Assembly (NCBI GenBank): GCA_964016885.1
Contig: OZ024743.1
Span: 18,662,001-18,726,000, forward strand
Source of the DNA: Eledone cirrhosa
Lineage: Eukaryota
Length of the DNA: 64,000 nucleotides
Reading direction: 5' to 3'
Shown one piece after another: positions 12,001 through 27,000 of the stretch. Both the position numbers and the translations under genes were made by a program. A model generated the notes under the pieces. It had not been told where the DNA came from. It was given only the letters and a program-made list of their open reading frames with translations, and ran no database searches. Numbering within the stretch: the stretch's first letter is position 1; each line of letters opens with the position of its first letter.

Positions 12001-15000
12001 GTTCTGCAACCCCATGCATTGAACCACATTGTTAATGAGACAAAACCTATATATTTGCTAGCATTGATATGCATCTGTGTGTAAATAAATGTTACTAGAT
12101 ATAAATTCCTTATAATTATCTCCAATTCATTTGTCGAGCAATATTTGGCCATGACTGCTAATATGGTAGTAAGCTGGCCGCTGTCTTAATAACCACTCGC
12201 TTTCCACTGATTGACCTCGATGTCACGTGATTGATTGTTTTTGAATTTGCCGCGGATCTAGAGGCAGTGATTTTCTCAATGGCTTGGAATCCCGTCCACG
12301 CATCGCTATTTCCATTCCACTGAATTATTTTTTTAATAAGTTTCCAGTGTCCTCGCTATGCCTGGAGACCTATACGGAAAAATACTTTCCTGATGACGGA
12401 ATGATTTTCTTTGTTTCTTCGGAAAATATATTTACTCCATTCCAGAAACTAATTAGTTGGAAGTGATTTTTTAGGAAGTAAGTTAATTTTATAATTTTCT
12501 TATTTTACGTCTCTCATATTATTTTTCTGCAACCCCATGCACTGAACCACATTGTTAATAAGACAAAACCTATATATTTGCTAGCATTGATATGCATCAG
12601 TGTGTAAATAAATGTTACTAGATATAAATTCCTTATAATTATCTCCAATTCATTTGTCGAGCAATATTTGGCCATGACTGCTACTATGGTAGTAAACTGG
12701 CCGCTGTCTTAATAACCACTCGCTTTCCACTGATTGACCTTGATATCACGTGATTGATTCTTTTTGAATTTGCCGCGGACGTAGAGGCAGTGATTTTCTC
12801 AATGGCTTGGAATCCAGTCCACGCATCGCTATTTCCATTCCACTGAATTATTTTTTGAATAAGTTTCCAGTGTCCTCGCTATGCCTGGAGACCTATACGG
12901 GAAAAGACTTTCCTGATGACTGAAAGATTTTCTATATGTTTCTTCGGAAAATATATTTACTCCATTCCAGAAACTAATTAGTTGGAAGTGATTTTTTAGT
13001 AAGTAAGTTAATTTTATAATTTTCTTATTTTACGTCTCTCATATTATTGTTCTGCAACCCCATGCATTGAACCACATTGTTAATAAGACAAAAACTATAT
13101 ATTTGCTAGCATTGATATGCATCTGTGTGTATATAAGTGTTACTAGATATAAATTCCTTATAATTATCTCCAATTCATTTGTCGAGCAATATTTGGCCAT
13201 GACTGCTAATATGGTAGTAAGCTGGCCGCTGTCTTAATAACCACTCGCTTTCCACTGATTGACCTCGATGTCACGTGATTGATTCTTTTTCTGAATTTGC
13301 CGCGGACGTAGAGGCAATGATTTTCTCAATGGCTTGGAATCCAGTCCAGGCATCGCTATTTCCATTCCACTGAATTATTTTTTAAATAAGTTTCCAGTGT
13401 CCTCGCTATGCCTTGAGACCTATACGGAAAAAGACTTTCCTGATGACGGAATGATTTTCGATATCTTTCTTCGGAAAATATATTTACTCCATTCCAGAAA
13501 CTAATTAGTTGGACGTGATTTTTTAGTAAGTAAGTTAATTTTATAATTTTCTTATTTTACGTCTCTCATATTATTGTTCTGCAACCCCATGCATTGAACC
13601 ACATTGTTAATAAGACAAAAACTATATATTTGCTAGCATTGATATGCATGTGTGTGTATATAAATATTACTAGATATATATTCCTTATAATTATCTCCAA
13701 TTCATTTGTCGAGCAATATTTGGCCATGACTGCTACTATGGTAGTAAGCTGGCCGCTGTCTTAATAACCACTCGCTTTCCACTGATTCAACTCGATGTCA
13801 CGTGATTGATTCTTTTTGAATTTGCCGCGGACGTAGAGGCAGTGATTTTCTCAATGGCTTGGAATCCAGTCCACGCATCGCTATTTCCATTCCACTGAAT
13901 TATTTTTTTAATAAGTTTCCAGTGTCCTCGCTATGCCTGGAGACCTATACGGAAAAAGACTTTCCTGGTGACGGAATGATTTTCTTTATGTTTCTTCGGA
14001 AAATATATTTACTCCATTCCAGAAACTAATTAGTTGGAAGTGATTTTTCAGTAAGTAAGTTAATTTTATAATTTTCTTATTTTACGTCTCTCATATTATT
14101 GTTCTGCAACCCCATGCATTGAACCACATTGTTAATAAGACAAAACCTATATATTTGCTAGCATTGATATGCATGTGTGTGTATATAAGTGTTACTAGAT
14201 ATAAATTCCTTATAATTATCTCCAATTCATTTGTCGAGCAATATTTGGCCATGACTGCTACTATGGTAGTAAGCTGGCCGCTGTCTTAATAACCACTCGC
14301 TTTCCACTGATTCACCTCGATGTCACGTGATTGATTCTTTTTGAATTTGCTCCGGACGTAGAGGCAGTGATTTTCTCAATGGCTTGGAATCCAGTCCACG
14401 CATCGCTATTTCCATTCCACTGAATTATTTTTTTAATAAGTTTCCAGTGTCCTCGCTATGCCTGGAGACCTATACGGAAAAATACTTTCCTGATGACGGA
14501 ATGATTTTCTTTGTTTCTTCGGAAAATATATTTACTCCATTCCAGAAACTAATTAGTTGGAAGTGATTTTTTAGGAAGTAAGTTAATTTTATAATTTTCT
14601 TATTTTACGTCTCTCATATTATTTTTCTGCAACCCCATGCATTGAACCACATTGTTAATAAGACAAAACCTATATATTTGCTAGCATTGATATGCATCAG
14701 TGTGTAAATAAATGTTACTAGATATAAATTCCTTATAATTATCTCCAATTCATTTGTCGAGCAATATTTGGCCACGACTGCTACTATGGTAGTAAACTGG
14801 CCGCTGTCTTAATAACCACTCGCTTTCCACTGATTGACCTCGATATCACGTGATTGATTCTTTTTGAATTTGCCACGGACGTAGAGGCAGTGATTTTCTC
14901 AATGGCTTGGAATCGAGTCCACGCATCGCTATTTCCATTCCACTGAATTATTATTTGAATAAGTTTCCAGTGTCCTCGCTATGCCTTGAGACCTATACGG

Positions 15001-18000
15001 AAAAAGACTTTCCTGATGACGGAATGATTTTCGATATGTTTCTTCGGAAAATATATTTACTCCATTCCAGAAACTAATTAGTTGGAAGTGATTTTTTAGT
15101 AAGTAAGTTAATTTTATAATTTTCTTATTTTACGTCTCTCATACTATTGTTCTGCAACCCCATGCATTGAACCACGTTGTTAATAAGACAAAACCTATAT
15201 ATTTGCTAGCATTGATATGCAACTGTGTGTATATAAATGTTGCTACATATAAATTCCTTATAATTATCTCCAATTCATTTGTCGAGCAATATTTGGCAAT
15301 GACTGCTACTATGGTAGTAAGCTGGCCGCCGTCTTAATAACCACTCGCTTTCCACTGATTGACCTCCATGTCACATGATTGATTCTTTTTGAATTTGCCG
15401 CGGACGTAGAGGCAGTGATTTTCTCAATGGCTTGGAATCCAGTCCACGCATCGCTATTCCCATTCCACTGAATTATTTTTTTAATAAGTTTCCAGTGTCC
15501 TCGCTATGCCTGGAGACCTATACGGGAAAAGACTTTCCTTCGGACGGAAAGATTTTCTATATGTTTCTTCGGAAAATATATTTACTCCATTCCAGAAACT
15601 AATTAGTTGGAAGTGATTTTTTAGTAAGTAAGTTAATTTTATAATTTTCTTATTTTACGTCTCTCATATTATTGTTCTGCAACCCCATGCATTGAACTAC
15701 ATTGTTAATAAGACAAAAACTATATATTTGCTAGCATTGATATGCATGTGTGTGTATATAAATGTTACTAGATATAAATTCCTTATAATTATCTCCAATT
15801 CATTTGTCGAGCAATATTTAGCCATGACTGCTACTATGGTAGTAAGCTGGCCGCTGTCTTAATAACCACTCGCTTTCCACTGATTCACCTCGATGTCACG
15901 TGATTGATTCTTTTTGAATTTGCTCCGGACGTAGAGGCAGTGATTTTCTCAATGGCTTGGAATCCAGTCCACGCATCGCTATTTCCATTCCACTGAATTA
16001 TTTTTTTAATAAGTTTCCAGTGTCCTCGCTATGCCTGGAGACCTATACGGAAAAATACTTTCCTGATGACGGAATGATTTTCTTTGTTTCTTCGGAAAAT
16101 ATATTTACTCCGTTCCAGAAACTAATTAGTTGGAAGTGATTTTTAAGGAAGTAAGTTAATTTTATAATTTTCTTATTTTACGTCTCTCATATTATTGTTC
16201 TGCAACCCCATGCATTGAACCACGTTGTTAATAAGACAAAACCTATATATTTGCTAGCATTGATATGCATCTGTGTGTATATAAATGTTACTAGATATAA
16301 ATTCCTTATAATTATCTCCAATTCATTTGTCGAGCAATATTTGGCCATGACTGCTAATATGGTAGTAATTGGCCGCTGTCTTAATAACCACTCGCTTTCC
16401 ACTGATTGACCTCGATGTCACGTGATTGATTCTTTTTCTGAATTTGCCGCGGACGTAGAGGCAGTGATTTTCTCAATGGCTTGGAATCCAGTCCAGGCAT
16501 CGCTATTTCCATTCCACTGAATTATTTTTTTAATAAGTTTCCAGTGTCCTCGCTATGCCTTGAGACCTATACGGAAAAAGACTTTCCTGGTGACGGAATG
16601 ATTTTCTTTATGTTTCTTCGGAAAATATATTTACTCCATTCCAGAAACTAATTAGTTGGAAGTGATTTTTTAGGAAGTAAGTTAATTTTATAATTTTCTT
16701 ATTTTAAGTCTCTCATATTATCGTTCTGCAACCCCATGCATTGAACCACATTGTTAATAAGACAAAACCTATATATTTGCTAGCATTGATATGCATCTGT
16801 GTGTATATAAATGTTACTAGATATAAATTCCTTATAATTATCTCCAATTCATTTGTCGAGCAATATTTGGCCACGACTGCTACTATGGTAGTAAACTGGC
16901 CGCTGTCTTAATAACCACTCGCTTTCCACTGATTGACCTCGATATCACGTGATTGATTCTTTTTGAATTTGCCACGGACGTAGAGGCAGTGATTTTCTCA
17001 ATGGCTTGGAATCGAGTCCACGCATCGCTATTTCCATTCCACTGAATTATTATTTGAATAAGTTTCCAGTGTCCTCGCTATGCCTTGAGACCTATACGGA
17101 AAAAGACTTTCCTGATGACGGAATGATTTTCGATATGTTTCTTCGGAAAATATATTTACTCCATTCCAGAAACTAATTAGTTGGAAGTGATTTTTTAGTA
17201 AGTAAGTTAATTTTATAATTTTCTTATTTTACGTCTCTCATACTATTGTTCTGCAACCCCATGCATTGAACCACGTTGTTAATAAGACAAAACCTATATA
17301 TTTGCTAGCATTGATATGCAACTGTGTGTATATAAATGTTGCTACATATAAATTCCTTATAATTATCTCCAATTCATTTGTCGAGCAATATTTGGCAATG
17401 ACTGCTACTATGGTAGTAAGCTGGCCGCCGTCTTAATAACCACTCGCTTTCCACTGATTGACCTCCATGTCACATGATTGATTCTTTTTGAATTTGCCGC
17501 GGACGTAGAGGCAGTGATTTTCTCAATGGCTTGGAATCCAGTCCACGCATCGCTATTCCCATTCCACTGAATTATTTTTTTAATAAGTTTCCAGTGTCCT
17601 CGCTATGCCTGGAGACCTATACGGGAAAAGACTTTCCTGATGACGGAAAGATTTTCTATATGTTTCTTCGGAAAATATATTTACTCCATTCCAGAAACTA
17701 ATTAGTTGGAAGTGATTTTTTAGTAAGTAAGTTAATTTTATAATTTTCTTATTTTACGTCTCTCATATTATTGTTCTGCAACCCCATGCATTGAACTACA
17801 TTGTTAATAAGACAAAAACTATATATTTGCTAGCATTGATATGCATGTGTGTGTATATAAATGTTACTAGATATAAATTCCTTATAATTATCTCCAATTC
17901 ATTTGTCGAGCAATATTTAGCCATGACTGCTACTATGGTAGTAAGCTGGCCGCTGTCTTAATAACCACTCGCTTTCCACTGATTCACCTCGATGTCACGT

Positions 18001-21000
18001 GATTGATTCTTTTTGAATTTGCTCCGGACGTAGAGGCAGTGATTTTCTCAATGGCTTGGAATCCAGTCCACGCATCGCTATTTCCATTCCACTGAATTAT
18101 TTTTTTAATAAGTTTCCAGTGTCCTCGCTATGCCTGGAGACCTATACGGAAAAATACTTTCCTGATGACGGAATGATTTTCTTTGTTTCTTCGGAAAATA
18201 TATTTACTCCGTTCCAGAAACTAATTAGTTGGAAGTGATTTTTAAGGAAGTAAGTTAATTTTATAATTTTCTTATTTTACGTCTCTCATATTATTGTTCT
18301 GCAACCCCATGCATTGAACCACGTTGTTAATAAGACAAAACCTATATATTTGCTAGCATTGATATGCATCTGTGTGTATATAAATGTTACTAGATATAAA
18401 TTCCTTATAATTATCTCCAATTCATTTGTCGAGCAATATTTGGCCATGACTGCTAATATGGTAGTAATTGGCCGCTGTCTTAATAACCACTCGCTTTCCA
18501 CTGATTGACCTCGATGTCACGTGATTGATTCTTTTTCTGAATTTGCCGCGGACGTAGAGGCAGTGATTTTCTCAATGGCTTGGAATCCAGTCCAGGCATC
18601 GCTATTTCCATTCCACTGAATTATTTTTTTAATAAGTTTCCAGTGTCCTCGCTATGCCTTGAGACCTATACGGAAAAAGACTTTCCTGGTGACGGAATGA
18701 TTTTCTTTATGTTTCTTCGGAAAATATATTTACTCCATTCCGGAAACTAATTAGTTGGAAGTGATTTTTTAGGAAGTAAGTTAATTTTATAATTTTCTTA
18801 TTTTAAGTCTCTCATATTATCGTTCTGCAACCCCATGCATTGAACCACATTGTTAATAAGACAAAACCTATATATTTGCTAGCATTGATATGCATCTGTG
18901 TGTATATAAATGTTACTAGATATAAATTCCTTATAATTATCTGCAATTCATTTGTCGAGCAATATTTGGCCATGACTGCTACTATGGCAGTAAGCTGGCC
19001 GCTGTCTTAATAACCACTCCCTTTCCACTGATTGACCTCGATGTCACATGATTGATTCTTTTTGAATTTGCCGCGGACGTAGAGGCAGTGATTTTCTCAA
19101 TGGCTTGGAATCCAGTCCACGCATCGCTATTTCCATTCCACTGAATTATTTTTTTAATAAGTTTCCAGTGTCCTCGCTATGCCTGGATACCTATACGTAA
19201 AAAGTCTTTCCTGATGACGGAATGATTTTCGATATGTTTCTTCGGAAAATATATTTACTCCATTCCAGAAACTAATTAGTTGGAAGTGATTTTTTAGTAA
19301 GTAAGTTAATTTTATAATTTTCTTATCTTACGTCTCTCATATGATTGTTCTGCAACCCCATGCATTGAACCACATTGTTAATAAGACAAAACCAATGTAT
19401 TTGCTAGCATTGATATGCATCTGTGTGTCTATAAATGTTACTAGATATAAATTCCTTATAATTATCTCCAATTCATTTGTCGAGCAATATTTGGCCATGA
19501 CTGCTACTATGGTAGTAAGCTGGCCGCTGTCTTAATAACCACTCGCTTTACACTGATTGACCTCGATATCACGTGATTGATTCTTTTTGAATTTGCCGCG
19601 GACGTAGAGGCAGTGATTTTCTCAATGGCTTGGAATCCAGTCCACGCATCGCTATTTCCATTCCACTGAATTATTTTTTTAATAGGTTTCCAGTGTCCTC
19701 GCTATGCCTGGAGACCTATACGGAAAAAGAATTTCCTTCGGACGGAAAGATTTTCTATATGTTTCTTCGGAAAATCTATTTACTCCATTCCAGAAACTAA
19801 TTAGTTGGAAGTGATTTTTTAGTAAGTTAATTTTATAATTTTTTTTATTTTACGTCTCTCATATTATTGTTCTGCAACCCCATGCATTGAACCACATTGT
19901 TAATAAGACAAAACCTATATATTTGCTAGCATTGATATGCATCTGTGTGTATATAAATGTTACTAGATATAAATTCCTTATAATTATCTCCAATTCATTT
20001 GTCGAGCAATATTTGGCCATGACTGCTAATATGGTAGTAATTGGCCGCTGTCTTAATAACCACTCGCTTTCCACTGATTGACCTCGATGTCACGTGATTG
20101 ATTCTTTTTCTGAATTTGCCGCGGACGTAGAGGCAGTGATTTTCTCAATGGCTTGGAATCCAGTCCAGGCATCGCTATTTCCATTCCACTGAATTATTTT
20201 TTTAATAAGTTTCCAGTGTCCTCGCTATGCCTTGAGACCTATACGGAAAAAGACTTTCCTGGTGACGGAATGATTTTCTTTATGTTTCTTCGGAAAATAT
20301 ATTTACTCCATTCCAGAAACTAATTAGTTGGAAGTGATTTTTTAGGAAGTAAGTTAATTTTATAATTTTCTTATTTTAAGTCTCTCATATTATCGTTCTG
20401 CAACCCCATGCATTGAACCACATTGTTAATAAGACAAAACCTATATATTTGCTAGCATTGATATGCATCTGTGTGTATATAAATGTTACTAGATATAAAT
20501 TCCTTATAATTATCTGCAATTCATTTGTCGAGCAATATTTGGCCATGACTGCTACTATGGCAGTAAGCTGGCCGCTGTCTTAATAACCACTCCCTTTCCA
20601 CTGATTGACCTCGATGTCACATGATTGATTCTTTTTGAATTTGCCGCGGACGTAGAGGCAGTGATTTTCTCAATGGCTTGGAATCCAGTCCACGCATCGC
20701 TATTTCCATTCCACTGAATTATTTTTTTAATAAGTTTCCAGTGTCCTCGCTATGCCTGGATACCTATACGTAAAAAGTCTTTCCTGATGACGGAATGATT
20801 TTCGATATGTTTCTTCGGAAAATATATTTACTCCATTCCAGAAACTAATTAGTTGGAAGTGATTTTTTAGTAAGTAAGTTAATTTTATAATTTTCTTATC
20901 TTACGTCTCTCATATGATTGTTCTGCAACCCCATGCATTGAACCACATTGTTAATAAGACAAAACCAATGTATTTGCTAGCATTGATATGCATCTGTGTG

Positions 21001-24000
21001 TCTATAAATGTTACTAGATATAAATTCCTTATAATTATCTCCAATTCATTTGTCGAGCAATATTTGGCCATGACTGCTACTATGGTAGTAAGCTGGCCGC
21101 TGTCTTAATAACCACTCGCTTTACACTGATTGACCTCGATATCACGTGATTGATTCTTTTTGAATTTGCCGCGGACGTAGAGGCAGTGATTTTCTCAATG
21201 GCTTGGAATCCAGTCCACGCATCGCTATTTCCATTCCACTGAATTATTTTTTTAATAGGTTTCCAGTGTCCTCGCTATGCCTGGAGACCTATACGGAAAA
21301 AGAATTTCCTTCGGACGGAAAGATTTTCTATATGTTTCTTCGGAAAATCTATTTACTCCATTCCAGAAACTAATTAGTTGGAAGTGATTTTTTAGTAAGT
21401 TAATTTTATAATTTTTTTTATTTTACGTCTCTCATATTATTGTTCTGCAACCCCATGCATTGAACCACATTGTTAATAAGACAAAACCTATATATTTGCT
21501 AGCATTGATATGCATCTGTGTGTATATAAATGTTACTAGATATAAATTCCTTATAATTATCTCCAATTCATTTGTCTAGCAATATTTGGCCATGACTGCT
21601 ACTATGGTAGTAAGCTGGCCGCTGTCTTAATAACCACTCGCATTCCACTGATTGACCTCGATGTAACGTGATTGATTGTTTTTAAATTTGCCGCGGACGT
21701 AGAGGCAGTGATTTTCTCAATATCTTGGAATCCAGTCCACGCATCGCTATTTCCATTCCACTGAATAATTTTTTTAATAATTTTCCAGTGTCCTCGCTAT
21801 GCCTGGAGACCTATACGGAAAAAGACTTTCCTGATGACGGAATGATTTTCGATATGTTTCTTCGGAAAATATATATACTCCATTCCAGAAACTAATTAGT
21901 TGGACGTGATTTTTTAGTAAGTAAGTTAATTTTATAATTTTCTTATTTTACGTCTTCATATTATTGTTCTGCAACCCCATGCATTGAACCACATTGTTAA
22001 TATGACAAAACCTATATATTTGCTAGCATTGATATTCATCTGTGTGTATATAAATTTTACTAGATATAAATTCCTTATAATTATCTCCAATTCATTTGTC
22101 GAGCAATATATGGCCATGACTGCTACTATGGTAGTAAGCTGGCCGCTGTCTTAATAACCACTCGCTTTCCACTGATTTACCTCGATGTAACGTGATTGAT
22201 TGTTTTTAAATTTGCCTCGGACGTAGAGGCAGTGATTTTCTCAATGGCTTGGAATCCAGTCCACGCATCGCTATTTCCATTCCACTGAATTATTTGTTTA
22301 ATAAGTTTCCAGTGTCCTCGCTATGCCTGGAGACCTATACGGAAAAATACTTTCCTGATGACGGAATGATTTTCTTTGTTTCTTCGGAAAATATATTTAC
22401 TCCATTCCAGAAACTAATTAGTTGGAAGTGATTTTTAAGGAAGTAAGTTAATTTTATAATTTTCTTATTTTACGTCTCTCAAATTATTGTTCTGCAACCC
22501 CATGCATTGAACCACGTTGTTAATAAGACAAAACCTATATATTTGCTAGCATTGATATGCATCTGTGTGTATATAAATGTTACTAGATATAAATTCCTTA
22601 TAATTATCTCCAATTCATTTGTCGAGCAATATTTGGCCATGACTGCTACTATGGCTGTAAGCTGGCCGCTGTCTTAATAACCACTCCCTTTCCACTGATT
22701 GACCTCGATGCACATGATTGATTCTTTTTGAATTTGCCGCGGACGTAGAGGCAGTGATTTTCTCAATGGCTTGGAATCCAGTCCACGCATCGCTATTTCC
22801 ATTCCACTGAATTATTTTTTTAATAAGTTTCCAGTGTCCTCGCTATGCCTGGATACCTATACGTAAAAAGTCTTTCCTGATGACGGAATGATTTTCGATA
22901 TGTTTCTTCGGAAAATATATTTACTCCATTCCAGAAACTAATTAGTTGGAAGTGATTTTTTAGTAAGTAAGTTAATTTTATAATTTTCTTATCTTACGTC
23001 TCTCAAATTATTGTTCTGCAACCCCATGCATTGAACCACGTTGTTAATAAGACAAAACCTATATATTTGCTAGCATTGATATGCATCTGTGTGTATATAA
23101 ATGTTACTAGATATAAATTCCTTATAATTATCTCCAATTCATTTGTCGAGCAATATTTGGCCATGACTGCTACTATGGTAGTAAGCTGGCCGCTGTCTTA
23201 ATAACCACTCGCTTTACACTGATTGACCTCGATATCACGTGATTGATTCTTTTTGAATTTGCCGCGGACGTAGAGGCAGTGATTTTCTCAATGGCTTGGA
23301 ATCCAGTCCACGCATCGCTATTTTCCATTCCACTGAATTATTTTTTTAATAGGGTTCCAGTGTCCTCGCTATGCCTGGAGACCTATACGGAAAAAGAATT
23401 TCATTCGGACGGAGAGATTTTCTATATGTTTCTTCGGAAAATCTATTTACTCCATTCCAGAAACTAATTAGTTGGAAGTGATTTTTTAGTAAGTTAATTT
23501 TATAATTTTTTTTATTTTACGTCTCTCATATTATTGTTCTGCAACCCCATGCATTGAACCACATTGTTAATAAGACAAAACCTATATATTTGCTAGCATT
23601 GATATGCATCTGTGTGTATATAAATGTTACTAGATATAAATTCCTTATAATTATCTCCAATTCATTTGTCGAGCAATATTTGGCCATGACTGCTACTATG
23701 GTAGTAAGCTGGCCGCTGTCTTAATAACCACTCGCATTCCACTGATTGACCTCGATGTAACGTGATTGATTGTTTTTAAATTTGCCGCGGACGTAGAGGC
23801 AGTGATTTTCTCAATGTCTTGGAATCCAGTCCACGCATCGCTATTTCCATTCCACTGAATAATTTTTTTAATAAGTTTCCAGTGTCCTCGCTATGCCTGG
23901 AGACCTATACGGAAAAAGACTTTCCTGATGACGGAAAGATTTTCCATATGTTTCTTAGGAAAATATATATACTCCATTCCAGAAACTAATTAGTTGGACG

Positions 24001-27000
24001 TGATTTTTTAGTAAGTAAGTTAATTTTATAATTTTCTTATTTTACGTCTCTCATATTATTGTTCTGCAACCCCATGCATTGAACCACATTGTTAATAAGA
24101 CAAAACCTATATATTTGCTAGCATTGATATGCATGTGTGTGTATATAAATGTTACTAGATATACATTCCTTATAATTATCTCCAATTCATTTGTCGAGCA
24201 ATATTTGGCCATGACTGCTACTCTGGTAGTAAGCTGGCTGCTGTCTTAATAACCACTCGCTTTCCACTGATTGACCACGATGTCACGTGATTGATTCTTT
24301 TTGAATTTGCTCCGGACGTAGAGGCAGTGATTTTCTCAATGGCTTGGAATCGAGTCCACGCATCGCTATTTCCATTCCACTGAATTATTTTTTTAATAGG
24401 TTTCCAGTGTCCTCGCTATGCCTTGAGACCTATACGGAAAAAGACTTTCCTGATGACGGAATGATTTTCGATATGTTTCTTCGGAAAATATATTTGCTCC
24501 ATTCCAGAAACTAATTAGTTGGAAGTGATTTTTTAGTAAGTTAGTTAATTTTATAATTTTCTTATTTTACGTCTCTCATACTATTGTTCTGCAACCCCAT
24601 GCATTGAACCACATTGTTAATAAGACAAAACCTATATATTTGCTAGCATTGATATGCATCTGTGTGTATATAAATGTTACTAGATATAAATTCCTTATAA
24701 TTATCTCCAATTCATTTGTCGAGCAATATTTGGCCCTGACTGCTAATATGGTAGTAAGTTGGCCGCTGTCTTAATAACCACTCGCTTTCCACTGATTGAC
24801 CTCGATGTCACGTGATTGATTCTTTTTCTGAATTTGCCGCGGACGTAGAGGCAGTGATTTTCTCAATGGCTTGGAATCCAGTCCAGGCATCGCTATTTCC
24901 ATTCCACTAAATTATTTTTTTAATAAGTTTCCAGTGTCCTCGCTATGCCTTGAGACCTATACGGAAAAAGACTTTCCTGAAGACGGAATGATTTTCGATA
25001 TGTTTCTTCGGAAAATATATTTACTCCATTCAAGAAACTAATTAGTTGGAAGTGATTTTTTAGGAAGTAAGTTAATTTTATAATTTTCTTATTTTACGAC
25101 TCTCATATTATTGTTCTGCAACCCCATGCATTGAACCACATTGTTAATAAGACAAAACCTATATATTTGCTAGCATTGATATGCATCTGTGTGTATATAA
25201 ATGTTACTAGATATAAATTCCTTATAATTATCTCCAATTCATTTGTCGAGCAATATTTGGCCATGACTGCTACTGTGGTAGTAAGCTGGCCGCTGTCTTA
25301 ATAACCACTCGCTTTCCACTGATTGACCTCGTTGTCACGTGATTGATTGTTTTTGAATTTGCCGCGGATGTAGAGGCAGTGATTTTCTCAATGGCTTGGA
25401 ATCCAGTCCACGCATCGCTATTTCCATTCCACTGAATAATTTTTTTAATAAGTTTCCAGTGTCCTCGCTATGCCTGGATACCTATACGTAAAAAGTCTTT
25501 CCTGATGACGGAATTATTTTCGATATGTTTCTTCGGAAAATATATTTACTCCATTCCAGAAACTAATTAGTTGGAAGTGATTTTTTAGTAAGTAAGTTAA
25601 TTTTATAATTTTCTTATCTTACGTCTCTCATATTATTGTTCTGCAACCCCATGCATTGAACCACATTGTTAATAAGACAAAACCTATATATTTGCTAGCA
25701 TTGATATGCATGTGTGTGTATATAAATGTTACTAGATATAAATTCCTTATAATTATCTCCAATTCATTTGTCGAGCAATATTTGGCCATGACTGCTACTA
25801 TGGTAGTAAGTTGGCCGCTGTCTTAATAACCACTCGCTTTCCATTGATTGACCTCGATGTCACGTGATTGATTCTTTTTCTGAATTTGCCGCGGACGTAG
25901 AGGCAGTGATTTTCTCAATGGCTTGGAATCCAGTCCAGGCATCGCTATTTCCATTCCACTGAATTATTTTTTTAATAAGTTTCCAGTGTACTCGCTATGC
26001 CTTGAGACCTATACGGAAAAAGACTTTCCTGATGACGGAATGATTTTCGATATGTTTCTTCGGAAAATATATTTACTCCATTCCAGAAACTAATTAGTTG
26101 GAAGTGATTTTTTAGTAAGTAAGTTAATTTTATAATTTTCTTATTTTACGTCTCTCATACTATTGTTCTGCAACCCCATGCATTGAACCACATTGTTAAT
26201 AAGACAAAACCTATATATTTGCTAGCATTGATATGCATCTGTGTGTATATAAATGTTGCTACATATAAATTCCTTATAATTATCTCCAATTCATTTGTCG
26301 AGCAATATTTGGCCATGACTGCTACTATGGTAGTAAGCTGGCCGCTGTCTTAATAACCACTCGCTTTCCACTGATTCACCTCGATGTCACGTGATTGATT
26401 CTTTTTGAATTTGCTCCGGACGTAGAGGCAGTGATTTTCTCAATGGCTTGGAATCCAGTCCACGCATCGCTATTTCCATTCCACTGAATTATTTTTTTAA
26501 TAAGTTTCCAGTGTCCTCGCTATGCCTGGAGACCTATACGGAAAAATACTTTCCTGATGACGGAATGATTTTCTTTGTTTCTTCGGAAAATATATTTACT
26601 CCATTCCAGAAACTAATTAGTTGGAAGTGATTTTTTAGGAAGTAAGTTAATTTTATAATTTTCTTATTTTACGTCTCTCATATTATTGTTCTGCAACCCC
26701 ATGCATTGAACCACATTGTTAATAAGACAAAACCTATATATTTGCTAGCATTGATATGCATCTGTGTGTATATAAATGTTACTAGATATAAATTCCTTAT
26801 AATTATCTCCAATTCATTTGTCGAGCAAAATTTGGCCATGACTGCTAATATGGTAGTAAGTTGGCCGCTGTCTTAATAACCACTCGCTTTCCACTGATTG
26901 ACCTCGATGTCACGTGATTGATTCTTTTTCTGAATTTGCCGCGGACGTAGAGGCAGTGATTATCTCAATGGCTTGGAATCCAGTCCAGGCATCGCTATTT

